64,000 bases of DNA. Source: Bryobacterales bacterium (lineage in GTDB: Bacteria > Acidobacteriota > Terriglobia > Bryobacterales > Bryobacteraceae). Shown one piece after another: positions 17,700 to 27,305 of this stretch. The stretch lies in contig CANFEY010000008.1 in assembly GCA_947446025.1 (NCBI GenBank), positions 5,946 through 69,945 of the forward strand, in the 5' to 3' direction. Each line of letters begins with the position of its first letter. Within the stretch, counting starts at the first letter, position 1. A program made the position numbers and the translations under genes. The notes under the pieces are model-generated. The model made no database searches and had not been told where the DNA came from. It saw only the letters and a list, made by a program, of their open reading frames with translations.

Positions 17700-20600
17700 A
17701 TGAAAATTTTCCTGGGTCTCTCGGCGCTCCTGCTGTGCAGCGCCTCTCTATTCGGCCAAGCCAACCAAGGTTCCATCACCGGCACCGTGCAGGATCAGTC
17801 CGGTGCCGTGGTCCCGAACGCGCCTATCGAAGTCCGCAATGCGGGCACGGGGGCCATCTTCAGCTCCGGCGCTTCGGCGACCGGCAACTTCGTGATCCCG
17901 GTTCCTGCTGGTACGTATGAAATCAGCGTCACTGTGGCCGGATTCAAGAAGTACGTTCAGCAAGGCGTTCCGGTGGTGGAAGGCAGCGCAACGCGCCGCG
18001 ACGTGCAGCTCGAAATCGGCCAAGCGGCGGAGACGGTCACCGTGACCGACACCGCGCCTTTGCTCAAGACCGAGAGCGGCGACGTGAGCTATCGCGTCGC
18101 CTCCGACATGGTGAACAAGCTGCCCGTGCTGTCGCTGGGTGGTGCCGCCGGGTTGGGCAACATCCGCGACCCTCTCGCGATGTCCAGCGTGCTTCCGGGT
18201 GTGCAGTACGGAATCCCCGGCTTCCAGTTGATGGTGGTGAACGGACTCCCCGGCAACAGCCAGACAGTCATGATCGACGGTCAGGATGCCAACCCCACCT
18301 TGTGGCGCGGTGTGAGTACCTCCCGCAGCCAAGGCGGCATTGATGCGATCGAAGCGCTCAACATGCAGACCAGCAACTTCGCGGCGGAGTTCGGCAAGAC
18401 CGGAGGCGGGTTGTTCAACTACACCATGAAGTCTGGCTCGAATAGCTATCACGGGTCGGCCTACAGCTACTTCGTGAACGAAGTGCTGCACTCGGGCACT
18501 CCGAATACGGCTTGGTTCGACCAGAGCAACGCGGCGAACAACTTCCGCTACGACTACAAGGGCAATGACCACGTCCGCAACCGGCAGCGCAGAAATGACT
18601 ACGGTTTCACGATAGGCGGGCCCATCGTTCTGCCGAAGATGTACGACGGCCATAACAAGTCGTTCTTCTTCTTCAACTTTGAACAGTTCCGCGAGAACCA
18701 GACCAATAGCACCGGCATCGCAACCGTCCCGACGCTGGCTTACAGGCAAGGTGACTTCACCGCAGCCGGTTGCGGTGATTTTGACACAGCCACTGGGAAC
18801 TGCCGCTTCCGCCAGCCTATCACTCTCGGCGGTGCGGCTGCCGTAGACCCTGCTGGCAACCAGATCATTAACGGCGGCATCTATGACCCGACTTCTTACC
18901 GGGTGGTGAACGGGTTCCCCACGCGCAGCTTGTACGTCAATCAACGCGTCCCCGTGACCAGCTTCGACCGCGTGTCGAACAACATCCAAAACCTGTTCCC
19001 GTTGCCGACCAACGCCAACTTGACGAACAACTACAATATCCCGACATTTATCAACTGGCGTCACAGCACGATTCCTTCGATCAAGCTGGATCACAACCTG
19101 AGTTCGACGCAACGCATCTCCGGGTATTGGGGGCAGACGATCACGAATCAACCGAATAACAACGGCTTTTTGGCGGAGCAATTCCCGTGGACAGGTTCGC
19201 AGTTCAATCCTTATAAGAATCACACGGTGCGTGTGAATTATGACTACACGATTACGCCCACCATGATCCTGCACATCGGCGCGGGATATTTCCACCAGCG
19301 TGAGCCGAATCCTTCGAATCCCTATGACCAGACCAAGATCGGTCTCCCTGGCGAGGGTGCTACCAACGCGTTCCCCTACGCCAAGGCGTTTCCGAGCATG
19401 GCCGGCCTGCTCTCTGGAGCGGGTGGTTTCAGCCCCGGCATTGGTGCCGGCTTCGACGCGACTGCTTGGGAACAGAAACCCACGGCCAACCTCAATCTGA
19501 CCTGGGTGAAGGGCAACCACACCTACAAATTCGGCGGCGACATGACGCTGGAAGGCTACATCACGCATAACCGGTGGCGCGCTAACGGCAACTTCGGTTT
19601 CGGCAATGCGCAGACCGGCAACCCTTGGGAAAACGGCCAAGCCCTGAACGTGGGCAACCCCACCGGCTTTGGTTATGCCAGCTTCCTGCTGGGGCAACCG
19701 AATAACTTGTCCCTGGCCCAGCCGACGTTCACGCGTGAGGGTGCCAAAGCCCTCGGCTTCTTTGTGCAGGACAACTGGAAGGTGACCCGCAAGCTGACCA
19801 TTGAATATGGTCTCCGTTACGACTACCAGACCTACTTGCGTGAGCAGCACGGCCGCCACGCATCCGCTGATTTCAACGTCCTGAACAAGAGGGTGGGGCT
19901 GAAGGGCGGTCTCTCTTATGAAGGTTCCTGCGGCTGCCGCCAGTCTTCTAATTACCCGTTCGCCTTCGGTCCGCGCTTGAACGCAGCCTACCAGCTCAAC
20001 GACAAGACCGTGTTCCGCGCAGGTTTCGGCGTGAACTACGACGTAGTGGCGTCCACTGCCGGCAACAACTTCAGCGTCGGCGACTTCTACAACATCAACG
20101 CTCCCGGCTACGGCATCACGCCGTTGACCTTGGGACTCCAGGGTGGCAACCAGTTCTACAAGGGGAACCCCTTCGGCAACACGGAAGTGGTTTGGCCGAT
20201 CTTTGACGCCAGCCGCCTGCCTACCCGCAACGCCGGGTTGCTGCCGCCGGAATCGCCGTTCAGCCTGTATCACCCGGATTCGCGTCCCGGCCGCATCATG
20301 CAGTGGAGCGTGGGAATGCAGCGCGAAGTAGTCCGTAACCTGGTGATCGATATCAGCTACGTGGGCAACCGTTCTGCATGGTTCTATTCGCCGCTGCTCG
20401 ACACCATGGCCATCAATAGCCTGGCCGGTGGAGTGCTAGGCCGCTTTGGCTTCGACATCGGCAACGCAAATGACCGCAGCCTGCTGCTGCAAAACATCGG
20501 CGGCAACGCCGCTGCCGCAGCGCGCGGCATCACCGCGCCGTACGCGGGCTTCCCCGGAACCCAGCAAGTGGGCCAGGCGATGCGCCCGGTTCCGCAGTGG

Positions 20601-21548
20601 AACACGGTCAACCCGTATCTGGGACCGAACCGCGGCAACACCTGGTATGACTCGTTGCAGCTCCAGGTCACCAAGCGCTACTCGCATGGTCTGGACCTTT
20701 CGACCAACGTCACCTACGGTCACGCCATGGTGATCGGCTCCAGCGCAGCCACCGACTTCTTCTTCGCCGGCCGCCCGCAGGTCAGTGATCCGTTTAACCG
20801 CGGCATCAACAAACAACTGAACCAGTTGACGCCCCCGCTCAAGACCGTGATCACCGCCAGCTACAACACGCCAGGAATCGGGGGAGCGACGGGCATGAAG
20901 CGCGTGCTTTCCACCATCGTCAAGGACTGGCAGATCGCCGCTGTGCTTCAATACCAGAGCGGTCAGTTGCTCACCACGCCGAACTCCAACAACGCGTTGG
21001 TTACGCAATTGCGCATCGCTCCTCCCGCGGGTGGCGCATACAACCCCTGGAACTACGTCGCGGGCAGCTCCTTCTGGGCCCCTGGCTTCGACCCGAACGG
21101 CGATTTCGACCCCCGCAAATACAACCCTGCGACTCCCACCGACCCCAACTTTGCTTCGGTCCTGAGCGGCGGCGTTCAGACCAACGGCACCTGCAACGTA
21201 TCGAAGTGCGCGTGGGTCAATCCCGACGCCGGCCAATGGGGTGTAACCTCGCCCTACCTCGAAGGTTTCCGGTGGCGCCGCGCCCCCAGCGAAAACTTCA
21301 ACTTCGGCCGCAACTTCCGCTTGGCGAATGAAGGCAAGGTCAACCTGAACGTCCGCGCCGAGTTCACCAACATTCTTAACCGGATGTATTACAACGCCCC
21401 GGCCAACGCCAACCCCTTGGCGGCGGTCACCACCATCACGCAGCGCGGCGCGGTTATCCCGAATGGCGGCTACGGTGTGGTGAACACCTTCAATGGAGCC
21501 GGTTCGCGGCCTCGTCAAGGCACAATCGTTGTCCGGCTGAGCTTCTAG
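17700..21548 (+). CDS. TonB-dependent receptor with N-terminal carboxypeptidase-regulatory-like domain
   Basis: 1282 aa. Signal peptide, then GSITGTVQDQSGAVVPNAPIEVRN (CarboxypepD_reg-like), plug and barrel regions, and a terminal ...VVRLSF. Confidence 0.9.
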   Translation: MKIFLGLSALLLCSASLFGQANQGSITGTVQDQSGAVVPNAPIEVRNAGTGAIFSSGASATGNFVIPVPAGTYEISVTVAGFKKYVQQGVPVVEGSATRRDVQLEIGQAAETVTVTDTAPLLKTESGDVSYRVASDMVNKLPVLSLGGAAGLGNIRDPLAMSSVLPGVQYGIPGFQLMVVNGLPGNSQTVMIDGQDANPTLWRGVSTSRSQGGIDAIEALNMQTSNFAAEFGKTGGGLFNYTMKSGSNSYHGSAYSYFVNEVLHSGTPNTAWFDQSNAANNFRYDYKGNDHVRNRQRRNDYGFTIGGPIVLPKMYDGHNKSFFFFNFEQFRENQTNSTGIATVPTLAYRQGDFTAAGCGDFDTATGNCRFRQPITLGGAAAVDPAGNQIINGGIYDPTSYRVVNGFPTRSLYVNQRVPVTSFDRVSNNIQNLFPLPTNANLTNNYNIPTFINWRHSTIPSIKLDHNLSSTQRISGYWGQTITNQPNNNGFLAEQFPWTGSQFNPYKNHTVRVNYDYTITPTMILHIGAGYFHQREPNPSNPYDQTKIGLPGEGATNAFPYAKAFPSMAGLLSGAGGFSPGIGAGFDATAWEQKPTANLNLTWVKGNHTYKFGGDMTLEGYITHNRWRANGNFGFGNAQTGNPWENGQALNVGNPTGFGYASFLLGQPNNLSLAQPTFTREGAKALGFFVQDNWKVTRKLTIEYGLRYDYQTYLREQHGRHASADFNVLNKRVGLKGGLSYEGSCGCRQSSNYPFAFGPRLNAAYQLNDKTVFRAGFGVNYDVVASTAGNNFSVGDFYNINAPGYGITPLTLGLQGGNQFYKGNPFGNTEVVWPIFDASRLPTRNAGLLPPESPFSLYHPDSRPGRIMQWSVGMQREVVRNLVIDISYVGNRSAWFYSPLLDTMAINSLAGGVLGRFGFDIGNANDRSLLLQNIGGNAAAAARGITAPYAGFPGTQQVGQAMRPVPQWNTVNPYLGPNRGNTWYDSLQLQVTKRYSHGLDLSTNVTYGHAMVIGSSAATDFFFAGRPQVSDPFNRGINKQLNQLTPPLKTVITASYNTPGIGGATGMKRVLSTIVKDWQIAAVLQYQSGQLLTTPNSNNALVTQLRIAPPAGGAYNPWNYVAGSSFWAPGFDPNGDFDPRKYNPATPTDPNFASVLSGGVQTNGTCNVSKCAWVNPDAGQWGVTSPYLEGFRWRRAPSENFNFGRNFRLANEGKVNLNVRAEFTNILNRMYYNAPANANPLAAVTTITQRGAVIPNGGYGVVNTFNGAGSRPRQGTIVVRLSF

Positions 21549-21570
21549 GCAACGCCTGGTTAGTTGTTTC

Positions 21571-21600
21571 AAAGGGCCACCCGCAAGGGTGGCCCTTTTT
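21571..21600. terminator. bidirectional intrinsic terminator between convergent genes
   Basis: AAA-GGGCCACCC-GCAA-GGGTGGCCC-TTTTT: a 9-bp GC stem, a GNRA loop, and A/T runs on both sides. Confidence 0.8.
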
Positions 21601-21613
21601 CAGTCCTGTAAGT

Positions 21614-22396
21614 CTATTTGCCCACCATGTGCCCTGGATCGCGGTTGTTCTCTTCGCAGATGCTCTCAATGAGGTCGGTATCCGGGAGCAGCTTCCAAAC
21701 CAGCTGCACGTTCCAGGGTTTGGTGTACGACTCCGGATCGTCGATAGTCACGTCAATCGTGATGCGGCCGATGCTGGGGCGCTTGTAGCGCTCAGTCACC
21801 TTGGTGGCAGACGACGCGGGCAGGCCGCGCATGTCGAGCCACGTGCGCCCGTTCTGGCCGATGGTCTCCACCACGAACGTGTCTTCCTCCCAGTGGCCGA
21901 TCGAGTAGCCCATCCAGGTGGCCTGCGGGTCCTTGGGCAGCTTGCGGCTATCCGTGAAGATCTGCCGGTAGATGGTCCGCGATTCGTGCAGCATCAGCGT
22001 CAGGTCCTCGGTTTGGACCACCTTGAGGCCGTCGGGGATGTTGAGCTTCTCCGGGATGCCGGATGGCAGGCAATAGGCGCCGGGATGATCCTTGCCGTTG
22101 TTGGCGATGCGGGCGTCGTAGAGCGCCTTCGCTGCGGGGCGCAGCGGCACCTCCTCGGGCTTGAGGTCCGCTGCGAGGCTCAGCAGATGTTTGACCGGAT
22201 TGTCCGGCATCCAGAAGCCGGAGAGGTCGGGCTTGCCGTACGGCGTGCGCACGGCGGGTGCGGCCATATCGACTTTGCCGTCCTTGGTGCGCGGCACGTG
22301 CTTCCACGGATAGGGGTCCCATTGCGCGCTGGCGGTCAGGGCGAGGGCGGCGGAGAGCGTGGCAGTTCGTAGGATTTGCACTCCAATATGATACAC
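21614..22396 (-). CDS. secreted hypothetical protein, paralog family A (see 62043-62792 and pseudogene 39262-39759)
   Basis: Signal peptide. Shared blocks with 62043-62792: DGK(V/P)D(M/F)..., ...GHWEEDTFVVETIG / WDGDTLVVDVVG..., and C-terminal C(E/G)ENN. Confidence 0.7.
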   Translation of the reverse strand: MYHIGVQILRTATLSAALALTASAQWDPYPWKHVPRTKDGKVDMAAPAVRTPYGKPDLSGFWMPDNPVKHLLSLAADLKPEEVPLRPAAKALYDARIANNGKDHPGAYCLPSGIPEKLNIPDGLKVVQTEDLTLMLHESRTIYRQIFTDSRKLPKDPQATWMGYSIGHWEEDTFVVETIGQNGRTWLDMRGLPASSATKVTERYKRPSIGRITIDVTIDDPESYTKPWNVQLVWKLLPDTDLIESICEENNRDPGHMVGK

Positions 22397-22430
22397 CCGT
22401 CAGCGGGCCGTTGGAGTCGTGGGTCAGCTC

Positions 22431-23432
22431 CTAGCTTTCCGTCAGCCGCTCCACAATCTTCCGAGCTCTGTTCGGAGCCGCGTCCACCAAAATCCCCACC
22501 ATCGGAGCCTCGCCAAACCGCTCCATGTTCGCGTGCTGCGCCTCAATGATCGTCCGGTCTTCGTCGAAGGTGAACGCCGAGGCCTTGTGAATCGTCTCCA
22601 CCATATCCGGCCGAGCCGGGTTGCGGTTGCTGGAGATGGTCCAGAAATAGAAGCTGGTCGTCTCCGTTTCCGGCGTGATGCCGTGGAAGCCGCGCATGTG
22701 GAACCCCGGGCGCGCGGGGTCGGCCAGGTCGCCCGAGCCTGCGTCCATACCGCCGGTCCAGATCAGAAAGTACGTCACCTTGAACTCGATCTCCTGCCAG
22801 CGGTCGATGCGGCCTTCAAACGGCCACGCCTCTAAGTAGGTCGGCGGCGGTTGCGAGTCCTTCATGTGGCGCACCACCTTGACCCAGTCGGGACCCTTGG
22901 TCACCGCCATCTCAGCGTTCACGTGGATCTTTGCGTTGCCGCCGATGGTCTTCACGTGGACGTAGCCGAGGTGGCTCAGGTCCAGCAGATTGTCGTGGAT
23001 GAGCTGGTAGGGGGCCTTGTAGTGGTAGACGTCGCCCTTAAAGGCGTAGGCCGGGTCGTCGTGCCAGGGATGCTCCGGCGCGGGGCGGGTGGGGAGCGAG
23101 TTGCCCATCCAGATCCACACGATGTGGTTGCGCTCCTCCACCGGGTAGGCTCGGACGCAGGCGGTTTTGGGGATGTTGGCCTGCCCGGGGATCTCGACGC
23201 ATTCACCCGTGGCGTTGAACAGCAGCCCGTGGTAGCCGCAGCGGATGCCGGGAGTTTCCACCGTTCCGCAGGAGAGCGGTGCGTGGCGATGGCAACAGCG
23301 GTCAGCCAGCGCGGCGGCTTGGCCTCCGGCGCGGAATAGCACGACGGGCTGGTTGAGCAGAGTGCGGGCCAAAGGCTTGTCCGTTAACTCCCAGGCAAAG
23401 GCGGCGACATACCACTGGTCGAGCGGGAACAT
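22431..23432 (-). CDS. Rieske [2Fe-2S] oxygenase, VanA/phthalate-family alpha subunit
   Basis: CCHRHAPLSCG...CGYHGLLF (CxH...CxxH Rieske motif), followed by a non-heme iron catalytic domain of VanA-like size (333 aa). Confidence 0.85.
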   Translation of the reverse strand: MFPLDQWYVAAFAWELTDKPLARTLLNQPVVLFRAGGQAAALADRCCHRHAPLSCGTVETPGIRCGYHGLLFNATGECVEIPGQANIPKTACVRAYPVEERNHIVWIWMGNSLPTRPAPEHPWHDDPAYAFKGDVYHYKAPYQLIHDNLLDLSHLGYVHVKTIGGNAKIHVNAEMAVTKGPDWVKVVRHMKDSQPPPTYLEAWPFEGRIDRWQEIEFKVTYFLIWTGGMDAGSGDLADPARPGFHMRGFHGITPETETTSFYFWTISSNRNPARPDMVETIHKASAFTFDEDRTIIEAQHANMERFGEAPMVGILVDAAPNRARKIVERLTES

Positions 23433-23595
23433 GCCCGCTAGTATACCGCCCGCTCATCCAAACTTGGTTCGGCTCCGTACTTCAAGTGTGGGCGGAGAGA
23501 GCCGATAAGGTGGAATACTTTCCGGCTCCGGGTGCATCCAATAAGAGTACAGAAGCAATTGGACCCCGACATGCTTTAGAAAAGGGACGGGAGAA

Positions 23596-23724
23596 ATGAG
23601 GCTTGATATGTTGATCGGAGCAGCAGTAGCGGGTTTGCTGATCGTTTCGTTGTTTTTCGAGATGCTTTCCTCGGCGCCGAAGACCGCCGAACAGCGTGAG
23701 CGGCAAGCTCCGCGTGTGAAATAG
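23596..23724 (+). CDS. possible 42-aa single-TM small protein
   Basis: ATG preceded by GGGAG. The peptide is MRLDMLIGAAVAGLLIVSLFFEMLSSAPKTAEQRERQAPRVK. It is below the ORF-track size cutoff, so the call rests on RBS plus a TM helix only. Confidence 0.25.
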   Translation: MRLDMLIGAAVAGLLIVSLFFEMLSSAPKTAEQRERQAPRVK

Positions 23725-23751
23725 TTACTCAGTACTGAGTCAAAATGTCCA

Positions 23752-24394
23752 TTGGAGGGCGGGCTTGCAGCCCGCCAACGGCCTTCCAGGCCGTGCCTCA
23801 CCTTTCCCCACGCCCTCCTCGCCGCCTTGGCAGCCCTCGCCCAGGATTTTCAAGCCGCCTCCGTGAAGCCCACACCCCCGCCTGGGACCGAAGTCGTTTA
23901 CGGCCCCGGACCAGCGCTCGGCGGTCCTGGCACCGCGGACCCGACGCACATCCAGTGGGCAAACGTCCCCCTAAAGAACCTAGTGCTCAACGCCTATGAT
24001 GTGAAAGGGTATCAGTTGGACGCACCCGATTGGATCGAGTCCCAGAGGTTCGATATCGCCGTCACAGTCCCCGAGGGCGCGACCCGCCGAAGAACTGGTG
24101 GTCGCGCGCGGTGGCCACAAGTTGAAGGAGTCCACGTAGACGGGACCCGTGGAGTTCCCGCCGAAGTACGATGCCCAGGGCAAGCTGACCGGACCGGGCC
24201 TGTCCATGGTGATTCGCATAGAACCCAACGGCCCCGTTTGCGAAGATGATGGCGGTTGGGCAGTAGCCTCCCTGCCCGCGCCCGACTTGCTCACAGCGGT
24301 CCGGGAGCAGTTGGGATTAGAGTTGGTCAGCAAGAAGATCCCCTTCGACGTCCTGGTGATTGACAGCGTGGACCTGGTCCCGACCGAAAACTGA
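23752..24394 (+). pseudogene. TIGR03435-like secreted protein, degraded (frameshifts and internal deletions)
   Basis: The N-terminal part FQAASVKP...LKNLVLNAYDVKGYQLDAPDWIESQRFDIAVTVPEGAT is in one frame. ELVVARGGHKLKEST is in a second frame. ...LLTAVREQLGLELVSKKIPFDVLVIDSVDLVPTEN is in a third. Conserved middle blocks are missing. Confidence 0.7.
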
Positions 24395-24397
24395 CCC

Positions 24398-25207
24398 CTA
24401 CGGCTGCGGGACCGCGATGATGGACGCCTTGACGATCTTGTCCATCCGCGGGTAGTTGCGGTTCACGAACGGCTCGCCTTGGGAGATGAGCTCATCCTGA
24501 ACCGGGGGTTCGCCGTAGCCGGTGTAAATCTGGTCCGCGACCTCCATCCCGGCCACGATCTCGCCGAAGGGGGCGAACTTCAGGTCGTCCAGGTATGTAT
24601 TCGCATCTTTCTTGTTGATGAAGAACTGCGTGGAGCGGGTGTTGGGGGCTCCGGCGGCGGCGAAGGTGACCATGCCGCGGCGGTTGGTTTGGGCGACGGG
24701 GTCGTCAAACAGGTTGCGGTCGGCCCAGACGCGGTTGACTTCGGGCTTGGAACTGATGCCCACCTGCACCATGAAATCCAGGGCGCGGAAGAAGTAGTTG
24801 TTGTCGTAGTATCCGGCGCGGACCAAGTTGTAAAACCGCTCCACGCCGTTCGGCGCCCAGTTGCGGACCACCCGGATGTCGATGTTGCCCTTGCTGGTCT
24901 CGAGGCGCACCACGAAGATCTCCGGCGGCTTGCCCTTCACGGTCTCGGGCTTCAGGAGGTCCATCGGGGGTCCTGCTTTGGCCTTAGCTGCCGCCGCGGG
25001 GGCGGCCTTAGCCTTGGCTACCGGAGCGGCGGACTTTGGCGCTCCTGCCTTCGCCGCAGCCGCTTTGGGAGCTGCCGCTTTCGGGGCTGCCGCTTTCGGC
25101 GCTGCTGCCACCGGAGCAGCAGCCTTTGGTGCCGCGGCCTTCGGAGCAGCAGGAGCCTGGCCCCACGCTGCCGCCGCCATGCTGAATACCACAAAGAGAA
25201 GTCTCAT
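24398..25207 (-). CDS. periplasmic cyclophilin-type peptidylprolyl isomerase with Ala/Pro/Lys repeat linker
   Basis: Signal peptide MRLLFVVFSMAAAAWG, then (AAPKA)n low complexity. The cyclophilin core follows (FFRALDFMVQVG...STQFFINKKD). Confidence 0.85.
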   Translation of the reverse strand: MRLLFVVFSMAAAAWGQAPAAPKAAAPKAAAPVAAAPKAAAPKAAAPKAAAAKAGAPKSAAPVAKAKAAPAAAAKAKAGPPMDLLKPETVKGKPPEIFVVRLETSKGNIDIRVVRNWAPNGVERFYNLVRAGYYDNNYFFRALDFMVQVGISSKPEVNRVWADRNLFDDPVAQTNRRGMVTFAAAGAPNTRSTQFFINKKDANTYLDDLKFAPFGEIVAGMEVADQIYTGYGEPPVQDELISQGEPFVNRNYPRMDKIVKASIIAVPQP

Positions 25208-25209
25208 AC

Positions 25210-25794
25210 CTATAAGTTTACCCAAGAAGCCAGCGTTTTCATCCACTCATAGAGCGCCGTCTTCTGGCCCTCGCGATTGTTCCACCAGCCGTCCGGCGAA
25301 AAATACATGTCCTTGGCGGCTACCACGGAAACTTCCAGGTCTGGAGCTTCGCTTCGGTACATCCTTCCAGCGCGGCGTGTGTGGAAGTCCGTTGTCACCA
25401 CCAGGACGTGATGCACGCCCATTTTGCGGAGCTGCGCGGCAGCCTGACGCGCTTCGTCACGGGTGTTGCGCGCGCTGTTTTCAAAGTGCTGGAACATCGA
25501 CTCTGGATAGCCGGCCTTGACGGCGAACGGGATGGCCAGGTCGCACTCGTGCAGTCCGTAGTTGCCGTCCGGCCCGCTGACCAGCACCTTGGGAGCGAAG
25601 CCGCCGCGCACCAATTCCGCTGCTTTCACAATGCGGCCTCCGCGCCCGTCACCAGCCAGCACCAATACGATATCGGCTTTCACGGGTGGCCCTGCCTGGA
25701 CCAAATAGGCACCCGCACTGGCCAGCAGCGGCTGTCTGCCTGCGTAGATAAGGATCGCCGCCAGGGCCAAGCCGAGGAGCAATTTGCGCGTCAT
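25210..25794 (-). CDS. YdcF/DUF218 (ElyC/SanA-like) family protein
   Basis: N-terminal TM, then ADIVLVLAGDG...LVSG...HHVLVVTTDFHTRRA DUF218 pattern. Start is either ATG 25794 or 25830. Confidence 0.75.
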   Translation of the reverse strand: MTRKLLLGLALAAILIYAGRQPLLASAGAYLVQAGPPVKADIVLVLAGDGRGGRIVKAAELVRGGFAPKVLVSGPDGNYGLHECDLAIPFAVKAGYPESMFQHFENSARNTRDEARQAAAQLRKMGVHHVLVVTTDFHTRRAGRMYRSEAPDLEVSVVAAKDMYFSPDGWWNNREGQKTALYEWMKTLASWVNL

Positions 25795-25810
25795 AGAATT
25801 CGGCAGGGAG

Positions 25811-26386
25811 TTAGCTTTCGTCGGAGCCATCCAAGCGGCCCGCCACTTTCAGGCGCTGGAAGAGCCGCTCGACTTCTTCTTCGTCCTCAGGGAGCAGCAG
25901 GCGAGGGCGGGGAAGAGAGAGCGGGGCGGTCGACGGTTGCTCACCCCAGAATTCGTGATACGGCAGGCCGTCGAGCAACGCGATGCGGGAATAGCGGTAG
26001 ATGTGGCGCAGTAAACTGACGCAACCGTCGGCATCGCCCGGATGGAGAATGAGCAATTCCTGCCCGCGCGCCAGCGTCAGGCGCAGCAGTAACGGGGCCA
26101 CCCAAGGTTCCGCGTTCCACACGGAAATGCGGTCCAGCGCCTGGATCTCGGTCCAAAAGACAACTCGCTTCCCGATGCGCAAGTGGCCGTCATGCACTTC
26201 GATAGCCGGGCGCAGTGCCAGCAGCAGGGTGAGGACGGAGGTGAGAGCCAGAAGAATCGCGGCGGCCAGCCACGCGGGGCCGAAAACAGCGGAGGTCAAC
26301 CCCGAAGCCACCGCAGCCGCGAGTGACAACACTGCGAACATCGCGTAACGGCGCGAAGGACGATAGCGTGCGATGGGTCGGCTCAC
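25811..26386 (-). CDS. hypothetical membrane protein (two TM helices plus soluble domain)
   Basis: 191-aa ORF in an operon with the RDD and DUF218 genes. No family assigned. Confidence 0.6.
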   Translation of the reverse strand: MSRPIARYRPSRRYAMFAVLSLAAAVASGLTSAVFGPAWLAAAILLALTSVLTLLLALRPAIEVHDGHLRIGKRVVFWTEIQALDRISVWNAEPWVAPLLLRLTLARGQELLILHPGDADGCVSLLRHIYRYSRIALLDGLPYHEFWGEQPSTAPLSLPRPRLLLPEDEEEVERLFQRLKVAGRLDGSDES

Positions 26387-26406
26387 ACCTACAATTTAGC
26401 AGAAAC

Positions 26407-26427
26407 AAATGGTGTCAGACACCATTT
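26407..26427. repeat. palindromic element AAATGGTGTCAGACACCATTT (copy 1 of 3)
   Basis: Perfect 21-bp palindrome. The TAA stop of the RDD gene (26426-26428, minus strand) lies in its arm. Confidence 0.9.
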
Positions 26428-27301
26428 AGGCGGCGGTGGGAAAAGTCTTGGAGATGTGGTCGTGCCAGGTGAGGCTTTCTTCGTCCACCAGCGCCCAGAC
26501 CAGGCCCACGCCGGCCGAGAACAGACTGAGCAGGCCGGCGAACTGCCGGACGATGCGGCGTTCGCGGCGCGGTGCACGGCCATCGAAATCGACCAGCCGC
26601 AATCCGGCCACCCGCATCCCGAGCGTATCGCAATCGAGCAAGCACCAAAAGCTCCGGTACAGCAGCGCGACCACGGCGGTCACCGCAGCGGGCAGCAGCA
26701 ACCAGCTGTCCAGAACTTGCAGCTCGATGCCGGCCAGGTAGCAAACGAAGAGGAAGAATCCGGCACCGCAGGCGATGAGAAACGCGTCCATCCCCGCCGC
26801 CGCCGCACGTAGTTTGGGCAGCGCCACGCGCGCGTCCAGAAAAAGCGCTTCATCCGGATGCGACTGAATCTTGCCCTGCCGTTCCCGCAGGTCCAGCGGT
26901 TGCTGCGTCAGACCGTTCTGCCGAGGCGTGCGCGCCGCCGACCGCGCCGCGTTCCGCCGCACACTTTCGCGATCCAGCGGACTTGCCGGACGCATCGGAC
27001 TCAGCGTCGGAATCGGCACAATCTTCGCGCCGCCCGGCAGGTCGCGGAACAGCGAAGCCTGCTGTCCTTCTTCTTTGGGCGCGGGTGCCGGCACCGGAGC
27101 GGACAGATTTAGGGAAGTAGCGAAGCTCTGCGGAGCCGCCTCCACTTCGTAGGCGAACGCCGTGGCCGCGCTGGCAGATCCGCCGGAGAAAGACGCCGTG
27201 GCTGTGCGCGCGCCCGAGCCGCTCACACGCCGTCCACAGCGCGCGCATCGGCTCTCTGATCCATCGTTTACGGTGCGGCAATATGGGCAGTTAATGGGCA
27301 T
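26426..27301 (-). CDS. RDD family membrane protein with N-terminal zinc-ribbon
   Basis: CPYCRTVN...CARCGRR zinc ribbon. C-terminal RDD-type TM region ending ...GLVWALVDEESLTWHDHISKT. Confidence 0.75.
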   Translation of the reverse strand: MPINCPYCRTVNDGSESRCARCGRRVSGSGARTATASFSGGSASAATAFAYEVEAAPQSFATSLNLSAPVPAPAPKEEGQQASLFRDLPGGAKIVPIPTLSPMRPASPLDRESVRRNAARSAARTPRQNGLTQQPLDLRERQGKIQSHPDEALFLDARVALPKLRAAAAGMDAFLIACGAGFFLFVCYLAGIELQVLDSWLLLPAAVTAVVALLYRSFWCLLDCDTLGMRVAGLRLVDFDGRAPRRERRIVRQFAGLLSLFSAGVGLVWALVDEESLTWHDHISKTFPTAA

Positions 27302-27305
27302 CGCA

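Noticed and set aside
17748-20273. 841-aa ORF antisense to the TonB-dependent receptor gene
   Set aside because: Arg/Gly/Val/Ala-rich shadow ORF typical of the opposite strand of a high-GC gene. It has no motifs, while the plus-strand product has clear receptor features.
23757-23777. GGCGGGC-TTGCA-GCCCGCC hairpin as a terminator
   Set aside because: There is no T-run. It lies inside the 5' end of the TIGR03435-like pseudogene and has no convergent gene end to serve.
24955-25155. Regular 15-nt DNA repeats considered as a CRISPR-like or non-coding tandem array
   Set aside because: There are no unique spacers. The repeats are in frame inside the cyclophilin gene and encode the AAPKA linker.
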